DNA of 64,000 bases from contig NC_059434.1 in NCBI RefSeq assembly GCF_021028975.2, forward strand, positions 65,162,001 through 65,226,000, written 5' to 3'. Source of the DNA: Sphaerodactylus townsendi. Taxonomy: Eukaryota. The translations under genes and the position numbers were made by a program. Positions 11,380-22,718 of this stretch are shown one piece after another. Position 1 is the first letter of the stretch. Each line of letters begins with the position of its first letter. The notes beneath the pieces were generated by a model. That model made no database searches. It saw nothing but the letters and a program-made list of their open reading frames with translations, and had not been told where the DNA came from.

Positions 11380-11605
11380 CAAAGTTCAATCACTGGCATC
11401 TCAAGTTAAAAGAACTAATAAGAGGTGATGTGAAAGTCAGATTTAGACCCTGGACAACCAGTGCCAGATGTCAGATTAAGCAAAACTAACCTGGATTGAA
11501 CCTCTGCCTGAGCCCCTGGAGTGCCATTGCCAGTTTGAGTAGACAGTCATGACATTGATGGACCAATAGTCTGATTCAGTATAAGGCAGCTTCATGTGTT
11601 CATGT
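11380..11605 (+). mobile_element. Squam2-like SINE remainder (3' part, with an internal duplication)
   Basis: GTTCAATCACTGGCATCTC..GGTGATGTGAAAG..GTCTGATTCAGTATAAGGCAGCTTCATGTGTTC. It continues the head at 8068-8116. Confidence 0.8.
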
Positions 11606-12100
11606 GATGGGATAAAAATCAAGCAATAAATTATTGCTGGTATGCAGGAAGCCAATAATTATAATACTGAGGACTTCTGTAAGCTCAAAGAATAGGCCAT
11701 GATCGTATAGAGGTTAGTACTCTGCGTTGTGTAAGCTCAAAGAACCACCATGAAAAAAACTGCCAATGTTTTTACATTATGACCTTGATTTTTTCTCCTT
11801 CTTTAAAGAAACAGTTCAACTGCAGTGATGTGGCAAAATTTCTGTCCTTATAGGAGGCTACTTGTGTCCCTGAAAGTTACCTCTGTGGCCTTCCTTACTT
11901 GATTCAGGAGGCCCAGACCAGCATTTTATGTAGCAAGTAAGAGAATTGGGTCTCCTGAGGAAAGGGTTCTTCTTTAAACTGGATGAAGTAATCTCTTTAA
12001 AATGAAAGAGCAAAGTGTTCCTCCAATTTTAAGCCAGAAGAAAAGAGTTTGAGAGATACTAGGTGTTTTGGAATAATTTCACTAAACCACGTCTTAAATG

Positions 12101-13262
12101 ATACAGTACATTACAGTAACCTTTATTAGGCATCAAAAGAAATACACCAGATAAAATTAGACAAAATAAGAGAACTGGGAGGGATGTTGAAAGTGTACAA
12201 ATATAATACATACAGAGAGGAAAGCCCAGAGGATTATTTCAAAGTATTAACCAAGAAATTGGCCACTATTTCCAATAGCATGGGATGCTGATTATTCAGG
12301 AGATAATTCAGTTTGGAGTTAGGAGGGGAAGAGCCTGCCAAAATTGGAGCCTTAAGAAAAAAACTGGGTGTAAATTCCATAAATTTTGGGCAGATAAACA
12401 AAATGTGCTTTAGTGACCCTTCAGAGATTAGACAATACACACAAACATGCTTCTGGTGTAGTGATGTCGTACATATCTCTGGAGATAATGTAAGACGAAA
12501 TGTGTTGGTTCTTGCTCTGGTAACCACCCATCTCAGCTTGGGGTCAAAAAAATATGATTTATTTATTTATTTATTAATTATTATATTTGTAGACCGCCCC
12601 ATCCCCTAAGGGCTCTGGGCGGTGGACAGCAAGCGTCATAGACAATTCAACAATAACAGTTACATTTAAAATCAATAAATACATAAATTACATAAAAATT
12701 TACAGCGTTCCATGCAAGTCACATGATGTCCAGTATAAAACTATCACTAGATAAAAAGACCCCTCCCGGAGAGGGGGCAGTATAGATGTTATAGGCTCCC
12801 AAGATGATAAAGGGAGGACACAGGAAGGGCGCACACCATCAACGGCCGGCTTCCCCAAAGGCCCGGTGGAACAATTTGGTCTTACAGGCCCTGCAGAACT
12901 CTCCAAGATCCCGCAGGGCCCAAACAGATGGTGGGAGAGTGTTCCACCAGGCTGGAGCCAGGGCCGTAAAGGCCCTGGCTCGGGTGGAAGCCAGCCGTAT
13001 CATTGAGGGGCCGGGGACCACCAGTAAATTGGCCTCTGCTGAACGCAGAGGCCGTGCAGGGACATATGGGGTAAGGCGGTCCCGAAGGTTAACTATCAGG
13101 GTATCCTACATTTCCTAGGTATAATACCAAAATAAAGGGGGGAGCACAGACTCCTTGCTTTGCCAATTAAAAGTTGATATTCCTGGTCAAATAACCGCTC
13201 CTTATTGTGATGGAGGAACACGTTGGAGAAGAGCATATGGAGCTGGTCCCAAGTAAAACCTA
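12101..13262 (-). mobile_element. Non-LTR retrotransposon 3' fragment with a C-terminal CCHC zinc finger (RTE-X-like), split by an L2 insertion
   Basis: Minus frame KERLFDQEYQLLIGKARSLCSP (13100-13220) continues as DPKLRWVVTRARTN..CVYC..HILFICP (12234-12550). 3' end is TGCCTAATAAAGG plus a (TACTG)-like tail. Clade assignment is tentative. Confidence 0.65.
12556..13087 (-). mobile_element. L2 LINE 3' fragment
   Basis: ORF2 C-terminus RAFTALAPAWWNTLP..CKTKLFHRAF, the 3' stem CCGCCCAGAGCCC..GGGGCGG, and an (AATA)n tail. Confidence 0.9.
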
Positions 13263-13277
13263 GGGGAAAAAATCTTG

Positions 13278-13698
13278 GGCTGTTTCCACATGGGCGGAAA
13301 ACAGAGCCCTAGGGATGGTTAAAACACCGTCCCTGGAGCGCGGTTCGCAAAGCAGGTGCTGGGCCCACAGAAGTAGTATAAAGACGCCACTTTTGGCCCC
13401 TCCAGTATCTGCGAGGGACTTACCTTGCCTTCCTCTGCAGCTCTGGGTAGCTGGAAAGACACGCCTGCACTGCCCTGTGACCCCTGAGGGTCGGAGGTCA
13501 CCGTGGGTGTGTCTTTCCAGCTGCCCAGAGCTGCAGAATAAGACAATGTAAGTCCAATGCAGACACCCTGGGCGGCTCAGTGCGGAGCGCCCCTGCGGGT
13601 AGTGGCATCGGGACTGCCTGCATGGGGCCATGCGACCGGTCCCGATGCTCCATTTATGCTCATGGGAAACCGCTGCCTCTGGCTGTGTGGAAACAGCC
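13278..13698. mobile_element. Harbinger-like MITE, family A (second copy, internally deleted)
   Basis: TIRs GGCTGTTTCCACA/TGTGGAAACAGCC. Long near-identical blocks shared with 5780-6275. Confidence 0.85.
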
Positions 13699-13769
13699 CC
13701 AGATTTAATAAGAGTTCAGGAAGGATGATGTAAATGAGACTGTTTGAGTCATGAAAGAAGCATATCCGG

Positions 13770-13950
13770 ACACTCTCTATAGCACAGCAGTAAAGGGACA
13801 CAAGGAGTTTTCCATTCAGTTGTTTCCTTAAAAGTCTCAGATAGTACAGTCTTTGCTGGGCCTTCTTAACCACCGCAGCAGTCTGTACGCCCCAGGTCAA
13901 GTCCTCTTTAATCATAATGCCCAGAAATTTAAAACTAGCCACCCGCTCTA
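13770..13950 (-). mobile_element. Isolated internal fragment of a Rex1/Babar LINE
   Basis: Encodes ASFKFLGIMIKEDLTWGVQT..KKAQQRLYYLRLLRK. Over 90% identical by eye to 20540-20724 in the opposite orientation. Confidence 0.9.
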
Positions 13951-14185
13951 ATAACTCCCATGGAAATTACAAATTTCAGCAGTGGGAGAAAAGTCAAAGG
14001 CAAATAAAGAAACAGACTACTTTCTCCATGTTGAAAAGCACAGATGAAATTTGCCATGTTGGTTCTGAGACAAACAATGCCTATCCATATCATCAGTATT
14101 CTTAAAGGTTAAAAGTAGCATGGAGAACCCACAGGGATTTGTGGGACTATCCAGGGCTGACTATCCAAGGGGTTTCCACAGTGGC

Positions 14186-14340
14186 AGAGCCATAGCAAGG
14201 GGGAAATTGCACCCAGGATACATGTATGCCCTATGCCCTTGCCACGCCCCCACCCTTCCCCACCACATCCCGAAATGCCCCCACCATGCCCCTGCACCCA
14301 GCACGCGCCCGGTGCAAGACATCCCCTGCACGCTACATGG
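14186..14340. mobile_element. GC-rich hAT-like MITE fragment
   Basis: Starts CAGAGCCATAGC..GGGGAAATTGCACCC, similar in layout to the 8-bp-TSD elements at 43695 and 52659. Confidence 0.4.
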
Positions 14341-14836
14341 TTATGTTGTCAGTTCAATTGTTGCTCAATTCAGCGTTGCAACAGAAATTTTACATGACAC
14401 GGAATAATAAGGTTTTTTCACCCTTATTATCTGTAGTTTCCCTGTCATACTAATTGCTGATTGTATTCTCCTCCCCTGCTGTTGTCATGCTGCAATCCAG
14501 TTTTTAGGGCAGCTTTTATTTAAAAAATTGATAGTGTTGTTCTAGATTAGTGCAATACTTGAATTTTTTGGAAGGTAATTGCTGGAAGGTACTGGGTGTC
14601 CCTTTGAAGTAATCTACATTGAAGAGACAAATTGATCTCCAGCTGCTGGAGGAAGGGGAGACAGCATTCCAGACATTTTTCAAATACTATTTGAGAAAGT
14701 AGAGTATTGACATAATGCAACAACTGCGTTGCATTATCACCCTGCCCCCCAATAATAAAAATCGCAATTTTGTGTGTGTCAGCAAGGCAGGTCAATGTGA
14801 AAAAGTAGAGAATGGAGGTGAATGGGTATTTTCTAT

Positions 14837-15302
14837 GGCCATTTCCACACAGCCAGCTGAGCGGGGGTGCATTGGCATAATTTATGGATGGCATAGTTCA
14901 CATGGACGGTCCTACTGGGTGCACAACCAACGACGCAGCCTTCGCACAGGCTGCACCATCCCCAAACAGCTTTTACCTTCTCCTGGCTTCCATCGTGTTG
15001 TGAAGGCCAGGGGACATGCCCCCATGGCCAGAGCAACGGCTCTGGAGTCAGAGGCCAGGAGGCATGTTCCCTAGCCTCCACAATGCGACAGAAGCCAGGA
15101 GAAGATAAGAGCCATTTGAAGAAGGGGGGGGCGCTGCCTTCCACCTGCTGCTGTTCGCACAGCAGCGGGTGGAAGACGCCACTTTTGGAAAACCTCAGTC
15201 ATTGAGCGAGGTTCAAAAGCAGCGTTTTCGCGCCACGACTGCCACAAGCATGGTGTTTTTACCATCCCTGGGGCACTGTTATTGGGCTGTGTGGAAACAG
15301 CC
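14837..15302. mobile_element. Harbinger-like MITE, family B
   Basis: Ends GGCCATTTCCACACAGCC / GGCTGTGTGGAAACAGCC. Homolog at 56167-56582. Confidence 0.85.
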
Positions 15303-15909
15303 TTTCATTTAAATATAAGGAATGTCTTCCTGCATGGACACATGAGAGATCATTCCCTATGTCAGAACATCTTTTTCCTAGATTTAACAAAGTGAATATT
15401 TCCGTGGGAAAAAAAATGGGCTGTTCACAATTTGTAAAAGAATAGTAGGTGATGACATATGGAAAAGAAATACACTGTTCAGTTTTATATCTATGATAAT
15501 TGTACAGTTTGCCATTCAGCTATAACTATGATGATTGCATAGTTTAGGACTGCTCTGTTTGGATATTAGCAAGACGGGCATGAGGGGAGCCTGCCTCTGT
15601 CTTTGCAAAGGATTTATGGAACCCAGGCAGTTCACTCAAAAACCCCAGGCATCTCAGACTCTAGTTTGAGAAATGCTTTGTTTGCATTCTATGCAGACTT
15701 CAACAAGGAATTCTACCAAGGATTTATTCCCTTACTATGTATGCCCTCTGGATGCCCCATTCACCCATTCATGTCATCATCTTCCCTGGAAAAGTCAATT
15801 CATCTTTATTTTTGTATCTGCTGTCCTTGCCAAATTCCTAGAAGATAAAAATTTAGTATGACATTCTGCTTTTTATGGTACAACATGTCAAAAGTACTAA
15901 GCATAACCA

Positions 15910-16112
15910 TATGAAGGTGCCTTATATGGGCTGGGGGCATTGGTACATAATGTTTGGTATTCTCTGTTCTGATTGGCAGTAGCAGCTCTCCAAGTTCTCA
16001 GGCAAAGACACATCATTCTTTTGAGATCTTTTTAAACAGAGATGCCAGGGACTGAACTCACAGATTTCTGCTTTGAAAATATACACTATTCAAACAAGTC
16101 AAATCCCCTTCC
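15910..16112 (-). mobile_element. Squam2-like SINE, degenerate
   Basis: TGAAGGTGCCTTATA..GGCAGTAGCAGCTCTCCA..AGAGATGCCAGGGACTGAAC is the reverse complement of the family body. Confidence 0.6.
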
Positions 16113-16377
16113 CTAATATGATCACCACATATTTTGTCTTCAAAATTAAGAAGGGCAATAATTGCTCATTTAATCTAGTTAATAAGACCACATGACGTAT
16201 GCTATCACTGCTAGAATCAAAAAGGTTTGCCCAATGAATACTAACATGCTGGGTTGATAGTGAGAATAGATGATAGTCACAGATGGAACTCCTTCAACCC
16301 CTTATGCTTCCTCCCCCATTGTTCCCAGACAGATACGTAATGTCACTGATAAAACAGGTGGCCAGAAACTTAATCCA

Positions 16378-16456
16378 CAGTCCTACACAGAATCAGGCAT
16401 GGTTAAATCCACTGAAACAAATACACTGAAGCATGCCTAACTTTGTGTAGGATTGT
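16378..16456. repeat. Small old palindromic MITE-like element
   Basis: CAGTCCTACACAGA..AGGCATG ... CATGCCTAACTTTGTGTAGGATTG hairpin. Similar decayed elements lie near 42438-42530 and 45636-45700. Confidence 0.55.
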
Positions 16457-17250
16457 ACTCATGGTCTGAAAGATTTGAGCTTTGCCACATGCTATACTGG
16501 AGAAAAGGAAATGATGCAAGTGTCCATTCCTACCAACTTGGCTGACTGATGAGAGACAGCTTTGCTATTCAGTATAGTATTTGGATAAAAAGTCAAAAGA
16601 GTTGGACATGTTAGAATAATTCATTTCCCATGAATGTCCACCTGATCTGTTTGCTTACAGAGGTGTCTTTCTTCTGGTAGCAAAATAAAATGGGATATTG
16701 TGGATGGGGCATTGTGGATGATAAGCATGAGTGCTGTAAACTTGGTGATGCAAGGAAGAGCAACTCTGTGCACTATTACCCAAAGCTAATGAGGAAATGA
16801 TACTGCCATGCTGTGGTAACTCCCACTTCCCCAACACCCAGAATCAAGAATGGTCCCCAATTCTTCTGTAATTCACTTCTTCTGATCTTCTAACTGGTCA
16901 GCTTTACTATATATAATATTCTGGGGAATTTTTCCAACCTATACCTCAGTAAAGTAAATGTATAACTGAACCAGCTTAAGGAACTGAGGTGATCCCCCCT
17001 TTTTCTCTCCTGTGTTTTATCTCAAAGATTATCTGCTAGAGGATTTTCAACATTCAACCATAAAATGTAAAGTTTTGTGGTTTAAAACATGAATTTTAGT
17101 AATCTCCTCAAGGGAATAGGATTGGGACGGGAAAGAAATTTGGTGAGAAGGAAAAAGCAGATTCATATACAAATTTTCTTAGATGTTCTTAGTTGTACAG
17201 CTGAGATGGCATTTGGCTATTTGGCTATTTGATGAAATTTTTCAAAATTT

Positions 17251-17358
17251 ATTGTCAAAGGCTTTAACGGCCAGAATCACTGGAGTGCTGTGTGGTTTCT
17301 GGGCTGTATGGATTGCTAGAACATGGCCATACAGCCCAAAAACCATACAGCACCCCAG
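17251..17358 (-). mobile_element. Penelope-like short insertion with an inverted terminal segment
   Basis: Two head-to-head pieces of the repeat seen at 37270-37346, flanked by the imperfect TSD TTTTTCAAAATT / TTTTTCAACATT. Confidence 0.8.
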
Positions 17359-18189
17359 TTTTTCAACATTCTTTGACATAAAATAGATTTTCTAGTTATC
17401 ATACAGCTTTGACTCAGACTTCTACTCAGATATTCATGTGTAAACTCTAATACCCAAAACCTGGGCAGAAACCTGGGAAAGAAATTCTTCTTTCTTTAAA
17501 AGTTTATTCCACGTTTTGGCTAGAGTAGGGTCTTTTTTCCCCAAATACTCTTTCTCTGCCATCATCAATTGTCTATCCACAGACACTAAACAAATCTGAA
17601 CACATGTATTTTTGCTCTGAATTGGGAAACGGTAGCACCAACACACTCTCCCATCTTCGTCTCCTACATGTCCTTGACACATACATCCTTACTCTTAACG
17701 GGAAAACTTTCCCCACTTGAGCACTGCTGAACTATTTCTTGAAGCACTGCAATTTTTATACCATCTGCCATTTTATGACTGGCTCTGCCCACCAAGTCAC
17801 CATTTTGTGACTAGTATCTCCAAAAGCTTTCCCAACATGTCATGCACACACAAGCTTTATAGGAATTAACTCTTCACAGTCAAATGCATCTGCATGCCCA
17901 TAGCTTTGAAAAAATATTATACAGAATAGAGTTTTCATATGCTATTTTCCTTAGTTCTGTCACAACTAATTCTAGAACCACAGATTACCAATTTAGAAGA
18001 ACTTGGAAAACCCAACATTCATATCCCTTATGTAATCTGTAAGATAGGCTCCATCTTTTTTTAGGTAAAGCCATTGTGTTGGAAGAAGAACTGAGATGTC
18101 ATTTAAATCATAGAATCCCCACTCCCAAATTCTACTGGTTAACATTTCCAGTAGAACAGGTCCACCTTGGGAAGGGAGGGAAATATTTG

Positions 18190-18332
18190 AAGAAGAAGAA
18201 AAGTTGGATTTACATCCCCCCTTTCTCTCCTATAGGAGACTCAAAGGGGCTTACAAACTCCTTTCCCTTCCCCCCTCACAACAAACACCCTGTGAGGTGG
18301 GTGGGGCTGAGAGAGCCCAGAAGAACTGTGAC
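18190..18332 (-). mobile_element. Squam3-like SINE 3' half
   Basis: (GAA)n tail followed by GGAGACTCAAAGGGGCTTACA..CCCTGTGAGGTGGGTGGGGCTGAGAGAG. Confidence 0.85.
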
Positions 18333-19766
18333 TTTGGAAGTGGTGACGTCACTAGTTACAGTTACAGTTAAACTACCCCGCCCTGGTTACAGTTAAACTC
18401 CCTTGGATTGTATTCCTGACACCTGTAACAGTGGTCATCAATATGAAGAAAAATTTATTGTGAAAGACTTTTGCTATTTGCACTTCAGAAGAGACACACA
18501 GACAAATCCTAAGGAGGTGGTGAAACAGGCTTTGGGTGTAGCATGGGATTGTGCCAATGAATTTGCCTCCTCTGCGGGCATAAGGGGCACCCCTGCCCGG
18601 GGACAAAGACACTGGCATATAGCTCCACGGCAGCTGAACCTAGAAGTGGGCCCTGCTTCCGAGCTATGCTGGTATCCGATGCCGTGGGGTGGGCCTTAGA
18701 GTTACACCAGCCAAAAGTGTGACATAACTCAATTGAGTCCTACAGAGGGTTCCATCTGACCATGTTTTCTTTTTTTGCTCCCTTTCCATGCTGCCTGAGA
18801 GTCTTCTGGAGATGGCACAAAAATACAGAAAGGCTGCCACAACCTTGTGGATTGGGCTGCCCAGTTCAAGACAATAATTCTGCTAATACATGTGCTACAT
18901 CTATCTGTTTTTAACTGCTGACCTGTCTCGAAACCCAGGGCTTTTGGCATTCCACACTTCTCCATATTCTCATATCGCATAGTTGGTAATGTGTAAGGTG
19001 ATCGTTGCAATGGCCGCTATATTTTCTTAAGGCCTACACAATATGCCAAGGGCAACTAAAGAACCAATAAATTTAAATGACAATCATAACTTTATGTGTT
19101 CCAAGTTAAATATGTAATTTCACAATGGAATTTCAAAGTAAGAAAAATTGCAGCTGAAGAGAAATATATTAAAAATGCTGAATCTGAACATCATAAAAAT
19201 ACTTCATTGAAACAGATAATTTCTTTTAATACAAAACAGAATAAGGTTCAAAGAGAGAAAGGTGAGCTGCTTAACCTTCAAACAGTATAAAAACATTTCA
19301 GCTGAAGATGGCATTCCCTTTGGGTCTCATCAAATTCCAAGCAGTGGTAATTTCCAAAAATGCCCATAGGGAAATTCTTGTTAAACTTGCTATGGACCAA
19401 TAGAGAAGAAAATTTGGTTATTCCTGTCTGGTGAGGGACACATTCTGTTCCAGATGTTATGGGAGCACAGCACAAGGGATATTCATTAAAAATGCTAAAA
19501 CCTATATCTGAAAATGCCCATCTTTGAGATCCAGGCACTCTGATTATGTTGCACAATAGACATTTGTTTGTCCTGAGAGGCTGAACTGGGAATCAGGAAA
19601 GGCTTGGTTCAAAACTGCTATGGATCTAAAGCCAATTCTCTTAGGTGCAGCTCTCGATGTCCAACATGAGGATAAATCTACCTTGCTGGTTTCTTAGAAT
19701 GATTACAACAATGTATAAGAAGTACTTTTTGAAGCTGATTAAAAACTTTAAAGTACTATCATATTT

Positions 19767-19814
<48 letters not shown>
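19767..19814. repeat. (ATC)16 microsatellite
   Basis: Read directly from the sequence. Confidence 0.95.
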
Positions 19815-19879
19815 TATTAGAAATTCTTAGTGTGCATTAGTCCTTTCCAGTAGAGTTGAGTCAATTCCATAGGGCCTTT

Positions 19880-20010
19880 TATGTATGTATGTATGTATGT
19901 ATGTATGTATGTATGTATGTATGTATGTATGTATTTATTTATTTATTTATTTATTTATTTATTACATTTATATACCGCCCTCCCCTGAAGGGCTCAGGGC
20001 GGTGAACATG
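19880..20010 (-). mobile_element. L2-type 3' terminus with a compound (TATG)13(TATT)~8 microsatellite tail
   Basis: TATACCGCCCTCCCCTGAAGGGCTCAGGGCGGTGAAC lies next to the microsatellite at 19880-19963. Confidence 0.8.
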
Positions 20011-20189
20011 AATATACAAATAGAGCACAAATAAAATCAATAAATCTCAAATCGTTAAATAAATCATAGTAAATGGCTCTATAGTCTTTGAAACTTTTAG
20101 ACAGAGTTGTTCCATCAGGCATTTGGTTGAGGTAATTATGGTGTTTCCATTATTGTGGCCTTTCCCTTCTCTTCCATTCTTTGCATCCT

Positions 20190-21171
20190 AGATTCGTTCC
20201 CAGAGGGTTAGACTGGGAAATCGGGTTTCCTCAGTTCTTACTCTAAATATGGGAATGCCACAGGGCTGTGTGTTGAGTCCTTTATTGTTCACCTTTTATA
20301 CATATGATTGTACCCTGTCTATCATAGTAACACCATTATCAAATTTGCCGATGACACAACAGTGGTCGGGCTCATCTCTGGAGGGGATGAGTCTGCCTAT
20401 CGGAGTGAGGTGGACCGATTGCTCGCATGGTGCAGGGAAAATAACCTGGTTCTTAATACTAACAAGACAAAGGAGCTTATAGTGGACCATAGAAGGAATA
20501 GCTCAGAAATTCAGCCTTTGACTATAAATGGAGATCAAGTAGAGCGGGTGGCTAGTTTTAAATTTCTGGGCGTTATGATTAAAGAGGACTTGACCTGGGG
20601 CGTACAGACTGCCACAGTGGTTGAGAAGCCCCAGCAAAGTCTGTACTATCTGAGACTTTTAAGGAAACAACAACTGAATGGAAAACTCCTGGTGTCCTTT
20701 TACCGCTGCGCTATAGAGAGTGTCTTAACCTACTGCATCTGTGTATGGTTCTCCAGTTGCACAGTGGTAGATAGGAAGGCGCTCCAAAGGGTGATCACTA
20801 CTGCACAGAGGATTATCGGCTGCCCTCTCCCCTCCTTGGAAGAACTCTATAATTCCCGAAGCCTAAAGAAAGCCCAAAATATTCTGAGAGACTCATCCAG
20901 CACACTCTCTTTTTGAACTGTTACCATCCAGCAGACGATACAGGTCTATCAAAACTAGGACAAAGAGGCTTAGAGACAGCTTCTACTCTAGAGCTGTGGC
21001 TATGCTAAACTCCGTGGCTTTGTGTTGATGTGTTTGGGGCTGTGTAGGGATGGGTGGAGGAAGGGGAAAGTGAGGATGGGGTATGAGTCTGAAATTGTGT
21101 ACATCGAGGAATGCTGCTGTAAATTTCATTGTGCGTGCACAATGACAATAAATGCTTATGCTTATGCTATG
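20190..21171 (+). mobile_element. Rex1/Babar-clade LINE, 5'-truncated, RT pseudogene
   Basis: GMPQGCVLSPLLF, a frameshift, then ORF 20308-20916 with KFADDTTVVGLI, LNTNKTKELIVD and FYRCAIESVLTY. After another frameshift comes FELLPSSRRYR. 3' end is AATGACAATAAA plus a (TGCTTA)n tail. Confidence 0.92.
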
Positions 21172-21356
21172 TTTCCTCTAGAATTAGATATGAAAGTATT
21201 GTGACTTTCATTACCATCATTTTAGATTAGATTTTAAATTGTGTTTGTGCTCTGTTTTGCATTGTATTGTATTTATTCATGGAAAGACTGGAAGCCGTCA
21301 TGAGCTGGTAAGACAAAAAATGGCATATAAGTCCAACAATTAATAAATTAATTAAA

Positions 21357-21526
21357 GGAGCAGCAGTGGCATAGGAGGTTAAGAGCTCATGTATCTAATC
21401 TGGAGGAACCGGGTTTGATTCCCAGCTCTGCTGCCTGAGCTGTGGAGGCTTATCTGGGGAATTCAGATTAGCCTGTACACTCCCACACATGCCAGCTGGG
21501 TGACCTTGGACTAGTCACAGCTTCTC
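21357..21526 (+). mobile_element. Squam3-like SINE 5' part
   Basis: tRNA-like head GGAGCAGCAGTGGCATAGGAGGTTAAGAG..GGGTTTGATTCCC and core CCAGCTGGGTGACCTTGG. Confidence 0.9.
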
Positions 21527-21814
21527 AGTGTGTGTAATTGGTGAGAGGTCTTTTGGGGACCTTCATCATCTTAAACCCAGTACACCAAGCATCTGGAGTC
21601 TTCATGAGCCACCCACTAGCAGGAAGAAATGGACTTGGCATTATCATACTGTAATTAGAAGAACTTGAAATGAAACTTAAACAGGACCTTGAATTGTTAT
21701 GTTAATGTTGATAAGTGTTATATGCTAAGGAAAAGTAAACAATTTTGTTTAAAAATTTAGTTGTTGCAAACTCCTTCCAAGTTGTGCCCTACAGAACCCA
21801 TAAACTAGATTACA
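21527..21814 (+). mobile_element. 3' half of a Gypsy-like LTR
   Basis: Colinear with 38765-39060 and ends in GATTACA. Confidence 0.8.
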
Positions 21815-22266
21815 ATAGCGTGCTGGAGATTCTCAAATGAATGAACTGTGCCTGTAAGAAGCACTGGTAATCCAATCATACTCCTTACAATTCATTGCTT
21901 ATCCAGTTTCTGTCTGTGAATCTTATGAGTGTTAATTGGACTGTAGCTACATATTTTTCTTATTTCCAACAACATGTGCTGATGCAGAGAAGACTTTCAT
22001 ACAGATGTATAAAATGACTTTTTATAAATCTGTCCAGAAGTTCCGCATTCCTTATGCTAGGCAGTAGAAATGTTCATATGAGGAAGCGTAATTACCGGTA
22101 ATACATTTAAATACATCTACTCTTCCTTTCTCATCAGTCAGGTACCAGGATACAGAGGTTGCAGGCAAAGCCAAAATCAGGGAATGGTTAGATTCAATAT
22201 CCAGGGAGATATTAAGAGCAGGGAAGGCCATCTCAATTTGGACTAGGTCTGTAAAAGGCTCATTAT

Positions 22267-22718
22267 TAGGGTTGCCAACATGAGACTGGCAACTGGCAGG
22301 AAATTGATTGGGGATGAGATTTGTTGCCAAAATTGACCATAGAGTTTTCATTGTTAGAGAGTCACTGGCAGCAAAATGTTTTCACATCCAGTCATGCCAG
22401 ACGTTATTTTAGTACCTCAAGTCACTGGCAATCATCCTCCACATTCCCCCTCCCGTCCCTTGCATGCCACCCCTCCCTCCCCTCCCCCTCCCTCCCTCTG
22501 CTATGGTGGGTGGGCCATGTCCAGATGCCGGGGGCCCTCCCCTCCCTTGCATGCCACCTCTCCCTCCCCTCCCCCTCCCTCCGCTAGGGTGGGTGGGCCA
22601 TGTCCAGATGCCGGGCCCCCTTCCCTCCCTTGCATGCCACCCCTCCCTCCCTCCCCACCCTATTTTTCCCACCTTCTAGCTGAGGTCTCCCTTCCAAAGT
22701 AGGAAGATGGTAACCTGG
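22267..22718. mobile_element. TAGGGTTGCCA-type hAT-like MITE carrying an internal C-rich minisatellite
   Basis: Left end TAGGGTTGCCAAC, right end TGGTAACC. About 2.4 copies of an ~82-87 bp unit (CCCTTGCATGCCACC..GGCCATGTCCAGATGCCGGG) at 22457-22660. Confidence 0.65.

Noticed and set aside
17434-17682. Protein-like minus-strand ORF (MAEKEYLGKKDPTLAKTW...)
   Set aside because: No family recognised and weak splice signals.
20308-20916. 202-aa ORF as a host gene
   Set aside because: It is part of a truncated Rex1/Babar RT with frameshifts on both sides.
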